From: Antechinus flavipes
Lineage: Eukaryota
Assembly: GCF_016432865.1 (NCBI RefSeq)
Contig: NC_067401.1
Span: forward strand, 479,942,001-480,006,000
Length of the DNA stretch: 64,000 nt
Direction: 5' to 3'
The notes beneath the pieces were generated by a model. It saw only the letters and a program-made list of their open reading frames with translations, searched no databases and had not been told where the DNA came from. The translations under genes and the position numbers were made by a program. Positions 47,776 through 63,800 of this stretch are shown piece after piece (positions within the stretch are counted from its first letter, which is position 1; each line of letters begins with the position of its first letter).

Positions 47776-48709
47776 ATATGGTCGTGGCTCTTTTCAACAC
47801 TGAGGTGATTCAGGCCAGTTCCAATGGTCTTGGGATGGAAGAGTCATCTGCACCCAGAGAGAGGACTGTAGGGACTGAGTGTGGATCACACATAGTATTT
47901 TCACCTTTTTTGTTGTGGTTTGCTTGCTTTTTGTTTTTTCTCATTTTTTCCCCTTTTGATTTGATTTTTCTTGTGCAGCATGAAAATAGAGGAAATATGT
48001 ATGGAAGAATTGCACATGTTTAACATATATTGGATGACTTGCCATCTAGGGGAGGAGAAAGGGACAATTCGGAACACAAGGTTTTTCGAGGGTCAGTGTC
48101 GAAAAATGATCCATGCATGTTTTTGAAAATGAAAAACAAAGTTTCGAGGTTTTCAGGCTGGATTTTTGAGGCTGGGAGAGCAGGATCTAAAGTCTGTCAC
48201 CCCCAGCCTCTGCCTGAAGATGAGGTGACTTAAGGACATGCCAAGGAGGCTGGGATGGCCATTCCTACTGTCCCTGGTCCTAAAATCAGAGCACCCCTGG
48301 GATTGCCCCGGGGTTTTCCTTTCTGAGCCTCAGTTTCCTGAATGAGAAAGCTGGGTGCCTCCTCAGAGTCTATTCTGCCTCTTTGGCTTGCCTAAATCCC
48401 CTTAAGGGCCCACAGGCATACTGGGTCCTGAGAACACAGGAGGCCCAGAGGCTTTGCCTCTGCTCCCTGGGAGAAGACTTTATGCTGGCTAAAGCACTAG
48501 ACAGGAAGCCTCAGGGGGCAAGGGGCAGGGCAGCAGATTAAGCCTCTGGGGTGTAAGCCGCAGAGGCATGCTGTGGGGGGCATGTGGTTAGGGGCAGCCT
48601 TCTGAGGCCCCACCCAGCCCCTCCCCCAGCTCAGCAATTCTGGGACAGCAGAGGAGGTGGCAGTGGGAGGAGGCAAGAAGGGCCCACAGGTCTGCTGATG
48701 CATCCATCA

Positions 48710-48718
48710 CCTAGCAAC
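48710..48718. promoter_or_regulatory. RFX X-box-like site upstream of DYNLT4
   Basis: ATCACCTAGCAAC; candidate donor CAG|GTGACC at 48786/48787 and acceptor CGCAG| at 49416, 16 nt before the ATG. Confidence 0.4.
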
Positions 48719-49432
48719 GTAGCCAAAACACCTAGGCTGGGCCTGGCCACTGGGCTCACTCCTCCGGCTTGCTGACCAGCTAGCAGGTGACCCACCTGGG
48801 CATGACACAGAAGCAGGTGACTCAAGTGGCCTTGGGGAGCTTCAGGGGATGGGGGTGGGGTTGCAAAATGAGGGTAGTTGGGAGAGGGGAAGCACAGGGA
48901 AAGAACTGGGGGTAAAGGGGCTGCTGGAGATGAAGGGGCAGTTCAGGGGCCCAGATCCATCCGACAGAACCAGGCCCAGGAGAGAAGTCGTAACATAGAA
49001 TGCCGAGGGCCAGGGGTCCTCATCTATAGAGGGCGCTGGCGGGCCTTTCAGGTCAGCTCCCTTCCCTGCTCTAAACCTACGCTTCCAGGGGCAATTCCAT
49101 TTTACAAGAGAGAAAATAAAAAGCATTTCTAAGGTTTGTAAAGAACTTGACATGGTTCAACCTCTTTCAGCAAGCCTGGGTATGAATCATTACCGTCCCT
49201 TTTCAGACAGAGAAACTGAGGCACAGAGAGGTGGGGGTTGGTTCACAGGCAGGACCTGCCTACCGCAAGGCCGGGGGATCCGGCGTGATTTACAATGCGG
49301 AGGGGGGGGAACGGGGCCTCTCCCCCACGCCAGGAAAACCACAGCCTGCAAGGCCACGCCCGCACCATGCCCCAGAGACGGGGGTCAGGGGCCTCTCGTG
49401 ACTCCCGGTCTCGCAGATAGGCCCAGCTCGCC

Positions 49433-50083
49433 ATGACCGGGAAAAGACTCGCAGAGACGGCCCGGCCCGAGGAGGAGGAGGAACCCGCGCGCCTGCGCAG
49501 TAGCGGAGACGAACGGGGGCCGGTGCGCCTGCGTAATGTAGAGGAGCCGCCTCGCGGGGCCGCTGTGCCGGGCTCCCGCCGGGGCTCCCTGCTCGGGCCT
49601 GTCCTGGCCCCGTCTCGCCGCCCCTCGCTGGCTGCCGCCCTGGGGTCCGGACCTCGGCGCTCCTCGCTGGGCCTGGCACTTTCTTCGCTCCCGGGCGCCC
49701 GTCCTAGGCGGGCCCCGGTGCCGGCCTTGGGGGCGTGGCTGGGGCCCGGCCCCGCCCCCGGAGCGCGCTGGGAGGCGGAGCACGTGCAGCGCGCCTTGGA
49801 GGCAGTGCTGAACGGCGCACTGAATGGCGCGCGCTACCCGGCGGGCGGAGCCGGGGCGCTGGCACGCGGCCTCTGCGAGCTGGTGCGCAAGCGCGTGCGC
49901 GAGCTGCTGCCGCCGCGCTACAAGCTGGTGTGTTCCGTGGTGGTCGGGCAGAACGCGGGCCAGAGTGTGCTCGTGGCGAGCCGCGCGCTCTGGGACCCCG
50001 CCAGCGATGGCCACGCGTCCGCGTCCGTGTGCGCGGCCACGCTTTTCGCCGTGGCCGTGGTGCACGGTGTCTACTACGAGTGA
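49433..50083 (+). CDS. DYNLT4: Dynein light chain Tctex-type 4 (TCTEX1D4), 216 aa, single coding exon
   Basis: ORF with SRRGS/SRRPSL N-terminal motifs and a Tctex-1 domain (RWEAEHVQRALEA, PPRYKLVCSVVVG, SRALWD, LFAVAVVHGVYYE); syntenic position between BTBD19 and PLK3. Confidence 0.93.
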   Translation: MTGKRLAETARPEEEEEPARLRSSGDERGPVRLRNVEEPPRGAAVPGSRRGSLLGPVLAPSRRPSLAAALGSGPRRSSLGLALSSLPGARPRRAPVPALGAWLGPGPAPGARWEAEHVQRALEAVLNGALNGARYPAGGAGALARGLCELVRKRVRELLPPRYKLVCSVVVGQNAGQSVLVASRALWDPASDGHASASVCAATLFAVAVVHGVYYE

Positions 50084-50096
50084 CCGGCGTGGGCGG

Positions 50097-50102
50097 TTTA
50101 TT
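50097..50102 (-). terminator. PLK3 poly(A) signal
   Basis: TTTATT on + strand = AATAAA on -, ~340 nt past the PLK3 stop. Confidence 0.7.
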
Positions 50103-50108
50103 TTTTCA

Positions 50109-50130
50109 AATAAATAGAGCTTACAATAAA
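50109..50130 (+). terminator. DYNLT4 poly(A) signals
   Basis: AATAAA at 50109-50114 and 50125-50130, 26 and 42 nt after the stop. Confidence 0.75.
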
Positions 50131-50442
50131 TAAAAATAATTAATTATTGTCATAAATAATACGCGGGTGGAGGTTCAGGGATGGGGCGGAGAGAAGGGGA
50201 GCCAGCCCTCCAGGGGCAGCAACACCGCCTCGGGACAAAGGCCCACAAGCTCTTTCAGGTCCCTCTTTTGGTGGGGACACCCACCCCCAAAAGCCTCAGG
50301 GCTGGGCCCTGGGTAGGAGCAGCCCCTCCCAAACCAGCTGGGGCAGGTTCTGAAGGAACCCTGGCAGGGGGACCCAGAGTGAGCTCAGAGCCCCCCAATG
50401 GCCTTCCAGGAGTGTTCTTGGCAGGGGGCCGGTTGGGGCACC

Positions 50443-54977
<4,535 letters not shown>

Positions 54978-55049
54978 GGCCGCGGCCTGAGCCCGGCCCC
55001 GAGATCCGCGCACGCGACTCCGGCCTCCTGCCAATTCTACCACCTGCCC

Positions 55050-55400
55050 GGCCAGCTACACTCAGCTCTCAGCTAGAGCCCTGGGGAGCCCGGGCGTTTT
55101 TATCAATGAAGCCCGGCCCCCGCCTCCCCGGAGGCGCCGAGCGTCAGCGGGCCCCGCCCAAGGGAAAACGTAATCGAGAGCCCCACCCCCGAGGTAGGGA
55201 AATAACATCCGCAAAGTCCACGCCCCCTTACGTCACCCCAACAGCCCCGCCCGCGAGAGGAAATGACTCCGGGTAAATATCACCAGGGAGCTCCGCCCAC
55301 AATCCGAAAAAGGGGCGGGGTCAATCGGCCGGTTCATCCCGGGCCAATCCATCGCCGCAGCCCGACTTTGCTCCGCCCCAAGCACTTGGGGTCTAGGTCC
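55050..55400 (-). promoter_or_regulatory. PLK3 CpG-island promoter
   Basis: TATA-like GATAAAAA (55104-55097, - strand); CRE/ATF variant TTACGTCA 55228-55235; GC boxes near 55120 and 55311; CCAAT at ~55344. Confidence 0.65.
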
Positions 55401-56111
55401 CGCAGCCCCAGACCAGCCCTAGGGACTGGCATTCTTCGGAACTCGCAGTGCGGCTGGAGTGGGAACAGTGCTGGAGGCGCGGGTCCCTATTTCTCCAAGG
55501 GAGGCGTCTTCTCACAAGGTCTCGCCTGGCTTCCTCGAGACCCGAGCCCACGTGCCACAAGAGCTGGGATCCACTCGTGTGATCGGAGTGCCCCCTAGCG
55601 AGAAAAGGAGACACTGTCGCCTCTGAACCGTCGCACAGGCGCGCGGAACCCCGATCTGGGCTGGCGGCTGGAGCGTCTAGCACCATCTGGTGGCCAAAGC
55701 GCGGAGGGACGGGCTATAGCTAGGAAAGTAAACGATACGTGGTTTCCGTGGCAGCCCAGGCCGGGAAAGCGTGCTGGCCGGCTCCAGGTCCCAGCCGGGG
55801 GAAGGGGTGCGGATCGGCTCCAGCTCCGGCAGCATCTGCGCAGGCCGTCCTCGTCCCAAACAGCCCTCCCTCATGGCAAGGGGTGATTGTACAAAGAGCT
55901 TGTATGCGTCTGTCATATATAAAGTTATACACGTTTGTCTATATCATATCTTATGTATCCATATCTATAGTTTGTCAAGGGTTCATCTGGAAACATTGTT
56001 CATTCACTGGAACTGCAGCTTTCCCGAATAGAAAGTAAACTGCAAGAAAGGGCAGCTTCCTGACGTCCAACTTGGAATATTCACTCAAATGCTTGGGTTT
56101 CTTGGTTTGTT

Positions 56112-56255
56112 TTTGTTTTTTGCTGAGGCAGTTGGGGTTCAGTGACTTGCCCAGGGTCACACAGCCAGGAAGGAAAAAAAAATAAAAAAAGTTAAGTGTC
56201 TGAGGTTAGATTTGAACCCAGGTCCTCCTGACTTCACGGCTGGGGCTCTCTCCTT
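56112..56255 (-). mobile_element. WSINE1-like marsupial SINE
   Basis: TTTTTGCTGAGGCAGTTGGGGTTCAGTGACTTGCCCAGGGTCACACAG...GATTTGAACCCAGGTCCTCCTGACTTCA; interrupted by an A-rich tract. Confidence 0.7.
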
Positions 56256-56657
56256 CCACATGTCTTGGTTTGTTTTTGTAAACATAATTGTTGCCTCTAT
56301 GGAGTGACTGATTCTCAACCTAGTCTTCATTTTCATGTTCATTCCCATCCCAAGATTCTGAGATGTTTGCATATTTCCTTTTTAATGACTAAAACTACAG
56401 CTAATTAATCGATTGTATACTATACCTTGTTTATTGATTATTAGGTAGTATCAATAATAAGTCATATCAATAACGAGCATCCTCTGTTGTTGGTGGTGTT
56501 GGTCTTAGTGTTTGAATTTTTTAAAATTTTAAATTTTTAAAGCTTTTTATTTTCAAAACATATGCCTAGATAATTTTCAACATTTACTCTTGCAGAATCT
56601 TATGTTTCAAATTTTTTCTCCCCTCCCTTTTTCCCACCTCTTCTCCTAGAAGGCAAG

Positions 56658-57211
56658 TGGGAGGATGGAGAAGCCCCTTAACCAAAATGACTACTCAGAG
56701 ATCACTCAAAATAAAAAGCAGAAAGTTTGTTTATTAAACCTCGGGAGGATGAGCCCTCCTATCACAAGATAAGAAAAAGAAAGGTAGGAGGGCTAAAGAA
56801 GTAGTTAAGATATACAGCTTTTATATGAGATTAAATCACAAGTAAGAGAACATTGAGAAGAGGATAGAGGCATCTAATTGGTTGTTTCTATCCAGGGATT
56901 GGAATGGAAGGTTTGTTTCCCTGAAATCACCTGATTTCTAGGAAACAGAAAATCCGGCCTTCGGGCTTAATCAAGCAGACAGTGGTCCCGCTAATAGACT
57001 AAATATTGATAAATGTCAAATACCGATAAATGTTATCAGTTCAGGTTAAGCAAATATATTTATAGCTGGCCAAGGCTCAAGTAAATATGGGCCTGCACAT
57101 ATTATACAGGTCATAGGGGAAACACAGAAATAATGAAAATAAAATAAAATACAGAAAAAAAGAATTCATACATCCCTGTAAGTTCTTCACCTTATCTCTC
57201 TATTCCACACA
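56658..57211 (-). mobile_element. Solo LTR inserted in a reversed L1 3'UTR
   Basis: TG...CA ends; TSD CAAG at 56654-56657 and 57212-57215; minus-strand TATA (~56820-56826) and AATAAA (56730-56735). Confidence 0.7.
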
Positions 57212-57539
57212 CAAGTAATCCAATCTGTTAAACATGTGCAGTTTTTCTATACATATTTCCACAATTATCAGAGAGAAGCCTCTTGTTTTTTAATAATAAC
57301 GTTCTACTTTTCCAAATGTATGCAAAGATAATTTTCAAGATTCACCTTTGCAAGGGATAATGTTGTAAAAAATTACCCTGGCATGGATTCTGTCAATACA
57401 AAGTTATTATTAAATAAAATAAAATTAAAAAAAAAAGAAACAACATTGTGAAAAATTCTTTTTAATAATAGCAGAAAAGAAAGAAAAATGAGATAGGACA
57501 CTTCATTAAAATAACTTCAAAGATGCTTTAAAATCTGAA

Positions 57540-59043
57540 AAAAAAAAAAAAAGATTCACCTTTGCAAAACCTTGTGTTTCAAATTTTTCACTCTCTGTCC
57601 CCCTCTCCCCCCCACACCTCCCCATTCCCCCTTCCACTCTCCTCTGGCAGACAGGAAGCAATCCATTATAGGTTAAACTTGCAACTCTTTTAAACATACT
57701 TCCAGATTCTTCATGCTTTGTGAGAAAAAATCATATCAAAAGGGGGAAAAAACACAAGAAAGAAAAAAAAAGAGAGCAAACAAACACTACCATCCCCAAA
57801 AGAAAAGAAAAGAAAATGCTATGTTTTGATGCATATTCAGTCTCCATAGTTTTCTCTCTGAATGTGGGTGGCTCCTTCCATCAGAAGTTATTGTGCCATG
57901 AATCACTTCACTGTTGAAAAGAACCAAGTTTTTCACAGTTAATCATCACATGATATACTTATTGCTGTGTATAATGTTCTCTGGGTTCTATTTACTTCAT
58001 CAGTTCATGTAAATCTTTGCAGGCTTTTCTGAAATCAGCCTGCTGATCATTTTTTATAGAACAATAATATTCCATGACATTCATATAACATAACTTATCC
58101 AACCATTTCCCAACTGATGGACATTCACTCAATTTCCAGTTCCTTCTCATTACAAAAAAGGCTGCTACAGACATTTGTTCACATGTGGGTCTTTTTCCCT
58201 TTTTTATGACCCTCAAAGGGTGCACATAATTTTAGAGCTCTTTAAGCATAGTTTAAAATGAACATCCTCTTTTTCCCAGATCTGTTTCCTAGGTCTTTTT
58301 CTCTAGATGTATCAAAATCTGTAATCTCCTAAGCTTGAATAAATATCAAAATAAATTACTATACCGATTGTTAACAATTTAACTAATAATAAAACACAAT
58401 AACTTATGTTTTACCTGTGAGAAAAGTCAGAACAGCCATTAAGATTCTTTTTATTTGCTAGATAAATGTTGGAAGGGATATGGGCATTTTGGGACACTAA
58501 TCCATTGTTATTGGAATTGTGATCTGATCCAAACATTCTGGAGAGCAATTTGGAACTATTTCCAGAGAGCTATCAAACTGTGTAGACCCTTTGATCCAGC
58601 AGTGTTTCTACTGGGCCTGAATCCCAAAGAGATCATAAAAAAGGGAAAAGGACACACATGTGAAAAAATATTTGTGGTAGCCCTTTTGGTAGTGGCCAGG
58701 AACTAGAAACTGAGGGGATGCCCATAAGTTGGAGAATGGCTGAACAAGTTATGGTATATGAATGTGATGGAATATTATTGTTCTGTAAGAAATACCCGCA
58801 GGATGATTTCAGAGAAATGGAGAGCCTGGGGAGACTGACAGGAACTGATGCTGAAGGAAATGAGCGGGACCAGGAGATCATTGTACACAACAAGAAGAAG
58901 ATTATACAATGATCAGCTCTTATGGACGTGGCTTTTTTCTCAACAATGAAATGATTCAGGTCAACTCCAATAGATGCAGATGGAGAGAGGCAGCTGCATC
59001 CAGAGAGAGGACTGTGGGAACTAAGTGTGGATCACAACATAGT
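57540..59043. mobile_element. Two L1 3' fragments in opposite orientation (~57540-58250 minus; ~58430-59043 plus)
   Basis: Both carry the IKKGK..TCE..F.AA.F.V.RNW remnant of L1 ORF2/3'UTR. Confidence 0.7.
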
Positions 59044-59490
59044 TGTTGGGGGCCAGGACCAGTCGCAGGAAACCTCAACAGTGACTGCCTCTTCCAGCTT
59101 TCCCGAGCCGACCGGGCTTCGGACGTCTCCGGCCCTCCTCGTTGAGACAGGAGGAGGGAATCACCAGACAAGAGAGCCGAGGTTGATAGAACACAGTGAT
59201 GTTTATTGAAGTTACAAGTCAGCCGTGTCTCCCCGAACCGACCCGTGCCCGCTCTTTTTTATAGCTCTTTTCCTTCCTCCTTGCTGTTCACCCATCGGGG
59301 TAGAGACTCCTCCCCAATCCCTCCCCGAAGGAGGAGCCCAACCTCTCTGTGCCTCCCCTGTCCCCTGACCAGGCCAGGCTCCACCACGTCAGCAGTGCCA
59401 GTGTGGTAATCCAGGGATCCGGGTTAGGGTGGGCCTGACACAAAGGCGTCTCAACTCACTCCAGGAGGTTCAGGTCCAGAGCCTCTTACA
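59044..59490 (-). mobile_element. 3' LTR of a class II (beta-like) ERV
   Basis: On - strand, PPT AAAAAACAAAAAGAGGGAGT precedes TG at 59490; TATAAAAA at 59263; AATAAA at 59207-59202; ends ...CCCCCAACA at 59044. Confidence 0.85.
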
Positions 59491-60228
59491 ACTCCCTCTT
59501 TTTGTTTTTTAATGGGTACAAAATGTCTGCTTTAAGAGTTTCAAGAGCAGCACGGGTGGTTTTTAGGAGAATTTGAAAAAACTGCAGGGTAATAGAGCGT
59601 AAGCATTAATAATCCAATTCCAATGAATCCAATTGTAATCCAATGAAATAAATCTGTCAAGTTCACACCTTTGAACCAAGAGGTAAATCCCTTCGAGATT
59701 TCCTCATTCCATTCTTTAACAAAAACATTTGTTTAACAAAAAAGCATTTTGCATAGCAGAAATAATAAGATCAAGGGCTCTCAATTCGCTAGTAGCATTT
59801 GTAACATAAGTAGCATTTCTTAATACATCTTCCAAATATTGATATAAGGTAGAGTTAAAAGGAACAGGGGTAACACATACAGGATAGTACTTATAATGAC
59901 ATTGCATTCTCATATAGCGGAGCATCAAAGCTTGCTGATGTACAACCACTTGCAAAACCTCAGTTGTTTGTGCTATTCTAGCTAACAGAGCACCGTCTAT
60001 CTGTTCTTGATGTCTCCAAGCTTGTCCATTCTCAACCATAAATTGTTGTAACGAAGCGGCTACAAAACTTAACTGATTTTGTATATTATGTATCTGTATC
60101 TCTTCTATAACATTGAGAGCCAGATTCACTACTGACAGTGCAGCCGCCAGTTCTCCTTCTCTTTTCTGTCTACTTAATTTTCCAATTAATTCATTAGAGA
60201 TAGAGGTAGCAAAGTCATCAGCTTGAAC
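59491..60228 (-). pseudogene. env: ERV env remnant (SU end, furin site, TM), frameshifted
   Basis: RQKR cleavage site (60171-60160); heptad WRHQEQIDGALLARI; CX7C loop CHYKYYPVC followed by VTP; a membrane-spanning segment LFHWITIGFIGIGLLMLTL in a shifted frame after a ~17-20-bp duplication near 59715-59750. Confidence 0.85.
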
Positions 60229-60822
60229 TGTAATGCCAGAGAAACTGAGGCAGGAGAGAGATTAGAGAGTTTTTAATATTTTATTAATGGGAGAGTAAGA
60301 TTGACTGGACAGGACTCTCGTCTCAAATTGTCCAGCCAGACAGAGATAAAGATATACTGGGACCAAGGAATTCATGTTGGTCCCAGGTCTGGAGGAGACT
60401 ATCATCTCAAAGAATCCAGCGTCCAGCATCCACAGCCAGCCGCCATTCTCCAGCAATGAATGGAGGAATCTCTAACCTTTATATACCTTTTAGAGACAAA
60501 GAAGAGGGAAAAAGAGCGGGAAAAGCCCAGCTGGAAAAGACTATGAATTAAAAAGGAACCCAGAGATAAAGATGTCAGTGAAATATCTTGGAATACTTTA
60601 AGGGATGTTGTAAATTTCTCAAGGACAGAAGATAATCAGGAAGTCTACTCTCTTGTTTATCTTGCTTGGGCTAATAATTTATATCCTTAATCTAATTGGT
60701 CCTCAGCCTTCATGGACCAGAGGGAGATTTACAGCTTAGGGGAGTAATTAGGGAGACTGAGACAAGGGAAACTTGTACAAGGAAACTGAGTCAGGACAGT
60801 TAAAGAAAACTGTGGCATAACA
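60229..60822 (-). mobile_element. 3' LTR of a second ERV nested inside env
   Basis: Near-inverted termini TGTAATGCCA/TGGCATAACA; minus-strand TATATAAA (~60478-60485) and AATAAA (60285-60280); PPT-like AGGAAAGAGAGTGTGGAA immediately upstream on - strand. Confidence 0.8.
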
Positions 60823-63800
60823 TTCCACACTCTCTTTCCTAAATATTCAAACCTTTGAATCTTAGCATCTTCCTCTAGATATCCAGGAGGTCTTTGACCC
60901 ACCTTATGTAAAGCAAATGAGCCAAAAATAAAACTAGAAAAATGTAAGGACTCATATGGCAAGAGCAAGTCTCTCCCTGATAACCCCAGAGTTAACAGCT
61001 GTACAAAGGCTCCCTTGTTGCAAGCATGTCAGGTCCTCTACAGTTCTGGAGCACCACCTCAGCCAGAGAATCCAGCTTGAGATGGACAGTTAGATCTGTG
61101 GTCATTTGTGCACTTAACTGTCTCTGCTTACAGATCAGCAGGACCAAGGGCTCAAGCCCATTCAGAGGAGCAGATCTCTCCAGGGGAGAAGGATGAGGCT
61201 TAGTAGCTCCACCCGTACCCACCCAGAGAAACAGGCAGGGCTGCTATTAGAATATAGATTTCTGAGCAGATTATGCACAGTTAGACCATCAAGGCAGGCA
61301 AACTCCAAACTTTTTAGGTGCCTCATGCCAAACTTCAAGGTCCTTTGAAATGCTGAAATACTTAATGAACTGGGGTTACAGGAATGGAAAAATAGATCAG
61401 AGAGATTGCCAGTCCCAGGACAGGTGTCTGATTTCTAAAACTTTTCTAAAAAAATAATCCCCAAAACTGAGTCTGCCAGGGCACTTTTAACAAAATAAGG
61501 GATTCTAAAACTAAAGCATCCAAATTCAATCTGAACTAGTGAGATAGGGGGTGGGGCAGAAATGCCTAAGACAAAATAGGAGCTAGGGGTTCCCATTCTT
61601 TTTAGTATTTTGAAAAAAATATACCAGGTTCCCCAATGTTCTACTAGGTTCCCCAATGTTCTATCTCTACCTCCCCCTTTTTCTTTCTCACAGAAAGGAA
61701 TTATCAAATGACCATTGCCCATATAAATCCCAAGAGTGAATCAAAATCCCTGTACATAACAGACTAGTACAGTAGCATTTCCTAAAAATCCCTCAAACAT
61801 AACAGCAACAGTTACACAGTGTTAACAAATCCCATCCCAAATCTTAAGCACACAGTAGTAGATGATCCAGGCAAGGTTTAACAGTCATTCATCAACCATT
61901 CCCAAAGTCCCTCATATCAGTCCAAAGTACAGTAGATGCAGGGTCTAGTCCATGGCTGTCATCCAAAAAAACCTGCTGTTTCAGGCTGTGAAGTGATAGG
62001 AGGCTTATTCCTTGCAGAATGGGTGCTTCATGCTGACAATCAAAGCTGATCAAAGCTGATCCAGGCTCCAGAAGCAAGCCAATATCTGTAATTTGACCAA
62101 AATCTAGAACAAAAACACAGATCTAACAAAGAAAGATTAGATCAGTCTCAGACAGAAAGACTCGGTTCACCAGACTGCTGCAAAATATGAGGAGGCCAAA
62201 ATAAATTGGCCAGCAGTTTCCTATGTGAAGAGATGAGTTTGCTCTACAGGCCACGCAAATGGGTGCAGTCCCAAGTTGTAACATCAGTGAGGTCTCACAG
62301 ACCCCTGTTAATTGTCCTCTTATTATGTAGAAACCTTAAAGAAACAAAACACAAATATCCAGTAACAGACAGATGACCAGGCGAAATAGTTGCCCAAGCA
62401 TTTAGGATACAATGATTACATATAACCAGACTGAAAATAACAAGTCATAACATAATTGAATTGCATTAACAGTTCTATTGACCATTGCTCTGATCAGAGA
62501 GATCAGTTACAAAAGGAAAAATGCAAGAACATAACTATAACATAACATAAGCAGTTGAGTTTTAACAGCTTATCAATCAATTGTCCCAGTAACTGTCAGA
62601 GGGTGGAGCTTTAGAACTCCCAAATAGCATTAACTAATTAACTCTAAGCCCAAAAAATTTTACCCCCCATAACAAATTCCATTAATCAAATTTCTGATAA
62701 CTCCTAAACAAACATTTACCCTAACCTTATAGTAATAACAGAAAGTAATTTCGTCTCAATAAGTTCACAACTTAGAACAATTATCATATCTGGGTAGATG
62801 TTACATAAGTGAACATTATACATACAAATCATTTGGCTTTTAAAATACCCAATACATAGAAAAATATCCCAAACTGCATATTGTCCATAACAGAAACATT
62901 TTCAAAGGGACAAAGAAAAAACTATTATGTTCAGAGGCCCTTTAAATAACCTCAGGATGACCAAATACAATCAATTTAAACTTATACAAAAGACCCAATT
63001 CCACATAAAAGAATTCAAGAAGGTTTTTTTAACATAGCAATTAAACTTTTAGAAATATTCGTACCAACGTAGGGATCACATTTATGACCATATCTCTTTT
63101 AATCCAAAAAACATTTATGTATCAAAAAAACAAATATTCAATCAATTTAACCTAAAAGTATGTCCTTAAAAATCAGTTTGCTGAACTGGCCGTAATCAGA
63201 TAAGAAAAAAGCGGCAGGAACATACTTAAGAGGGGTGAGGGGAGGAGAGGATTCCACATGGCCACCCTTCCCCCACTCCTGCCCCCTAGAAAAAAACTTC
63301 CCTCAGGTTCCCCATTCAAATTTCCTAATGGGGATCCTTTTCAAGATTTAACCCATCAGTTTCCCAATATCAGGTTCCAACTTTCTCTTTCTCCCTGGCT
63401 ACATATTTGAACAATCTCCTTAAAGAACTTTCCTATCAGATGCTCCTGATGCTACTATAAAGACAGCGGAGGTGGATGGCTCCCTCCCCCCACCTCTTCA
63501 CCTACTCCCAAAAGATTTTCTTTCACTTTCCTAAAACCATGCAAACCTCTAATTGTTCCTACAAATCAGTCTTTCCTAAATCACCTGCATTCCTCTTTCC
63601 TTTGTCCTTCAAAAACCTGTAAGATTCACACTATAGTGAATAGTCCAAACCTCCAAAAACCCACACATGTCCAGCAGAGCTGGTTTTAAAGTATAACTTA
63701 TGTTAACAAATAACTCAATATATTTCAGAAGGTAACAAACTGAATCAAATTAATACAGCTGTTTTTAAAAGTTTTTTTTTCTTTTACCACATTTCTTCTA

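Noticed and set aside
49385-50065. 226-aa antisense ORF over DYNLT4
   Set aside because: Antisense shadow of a very GC-rich exon.
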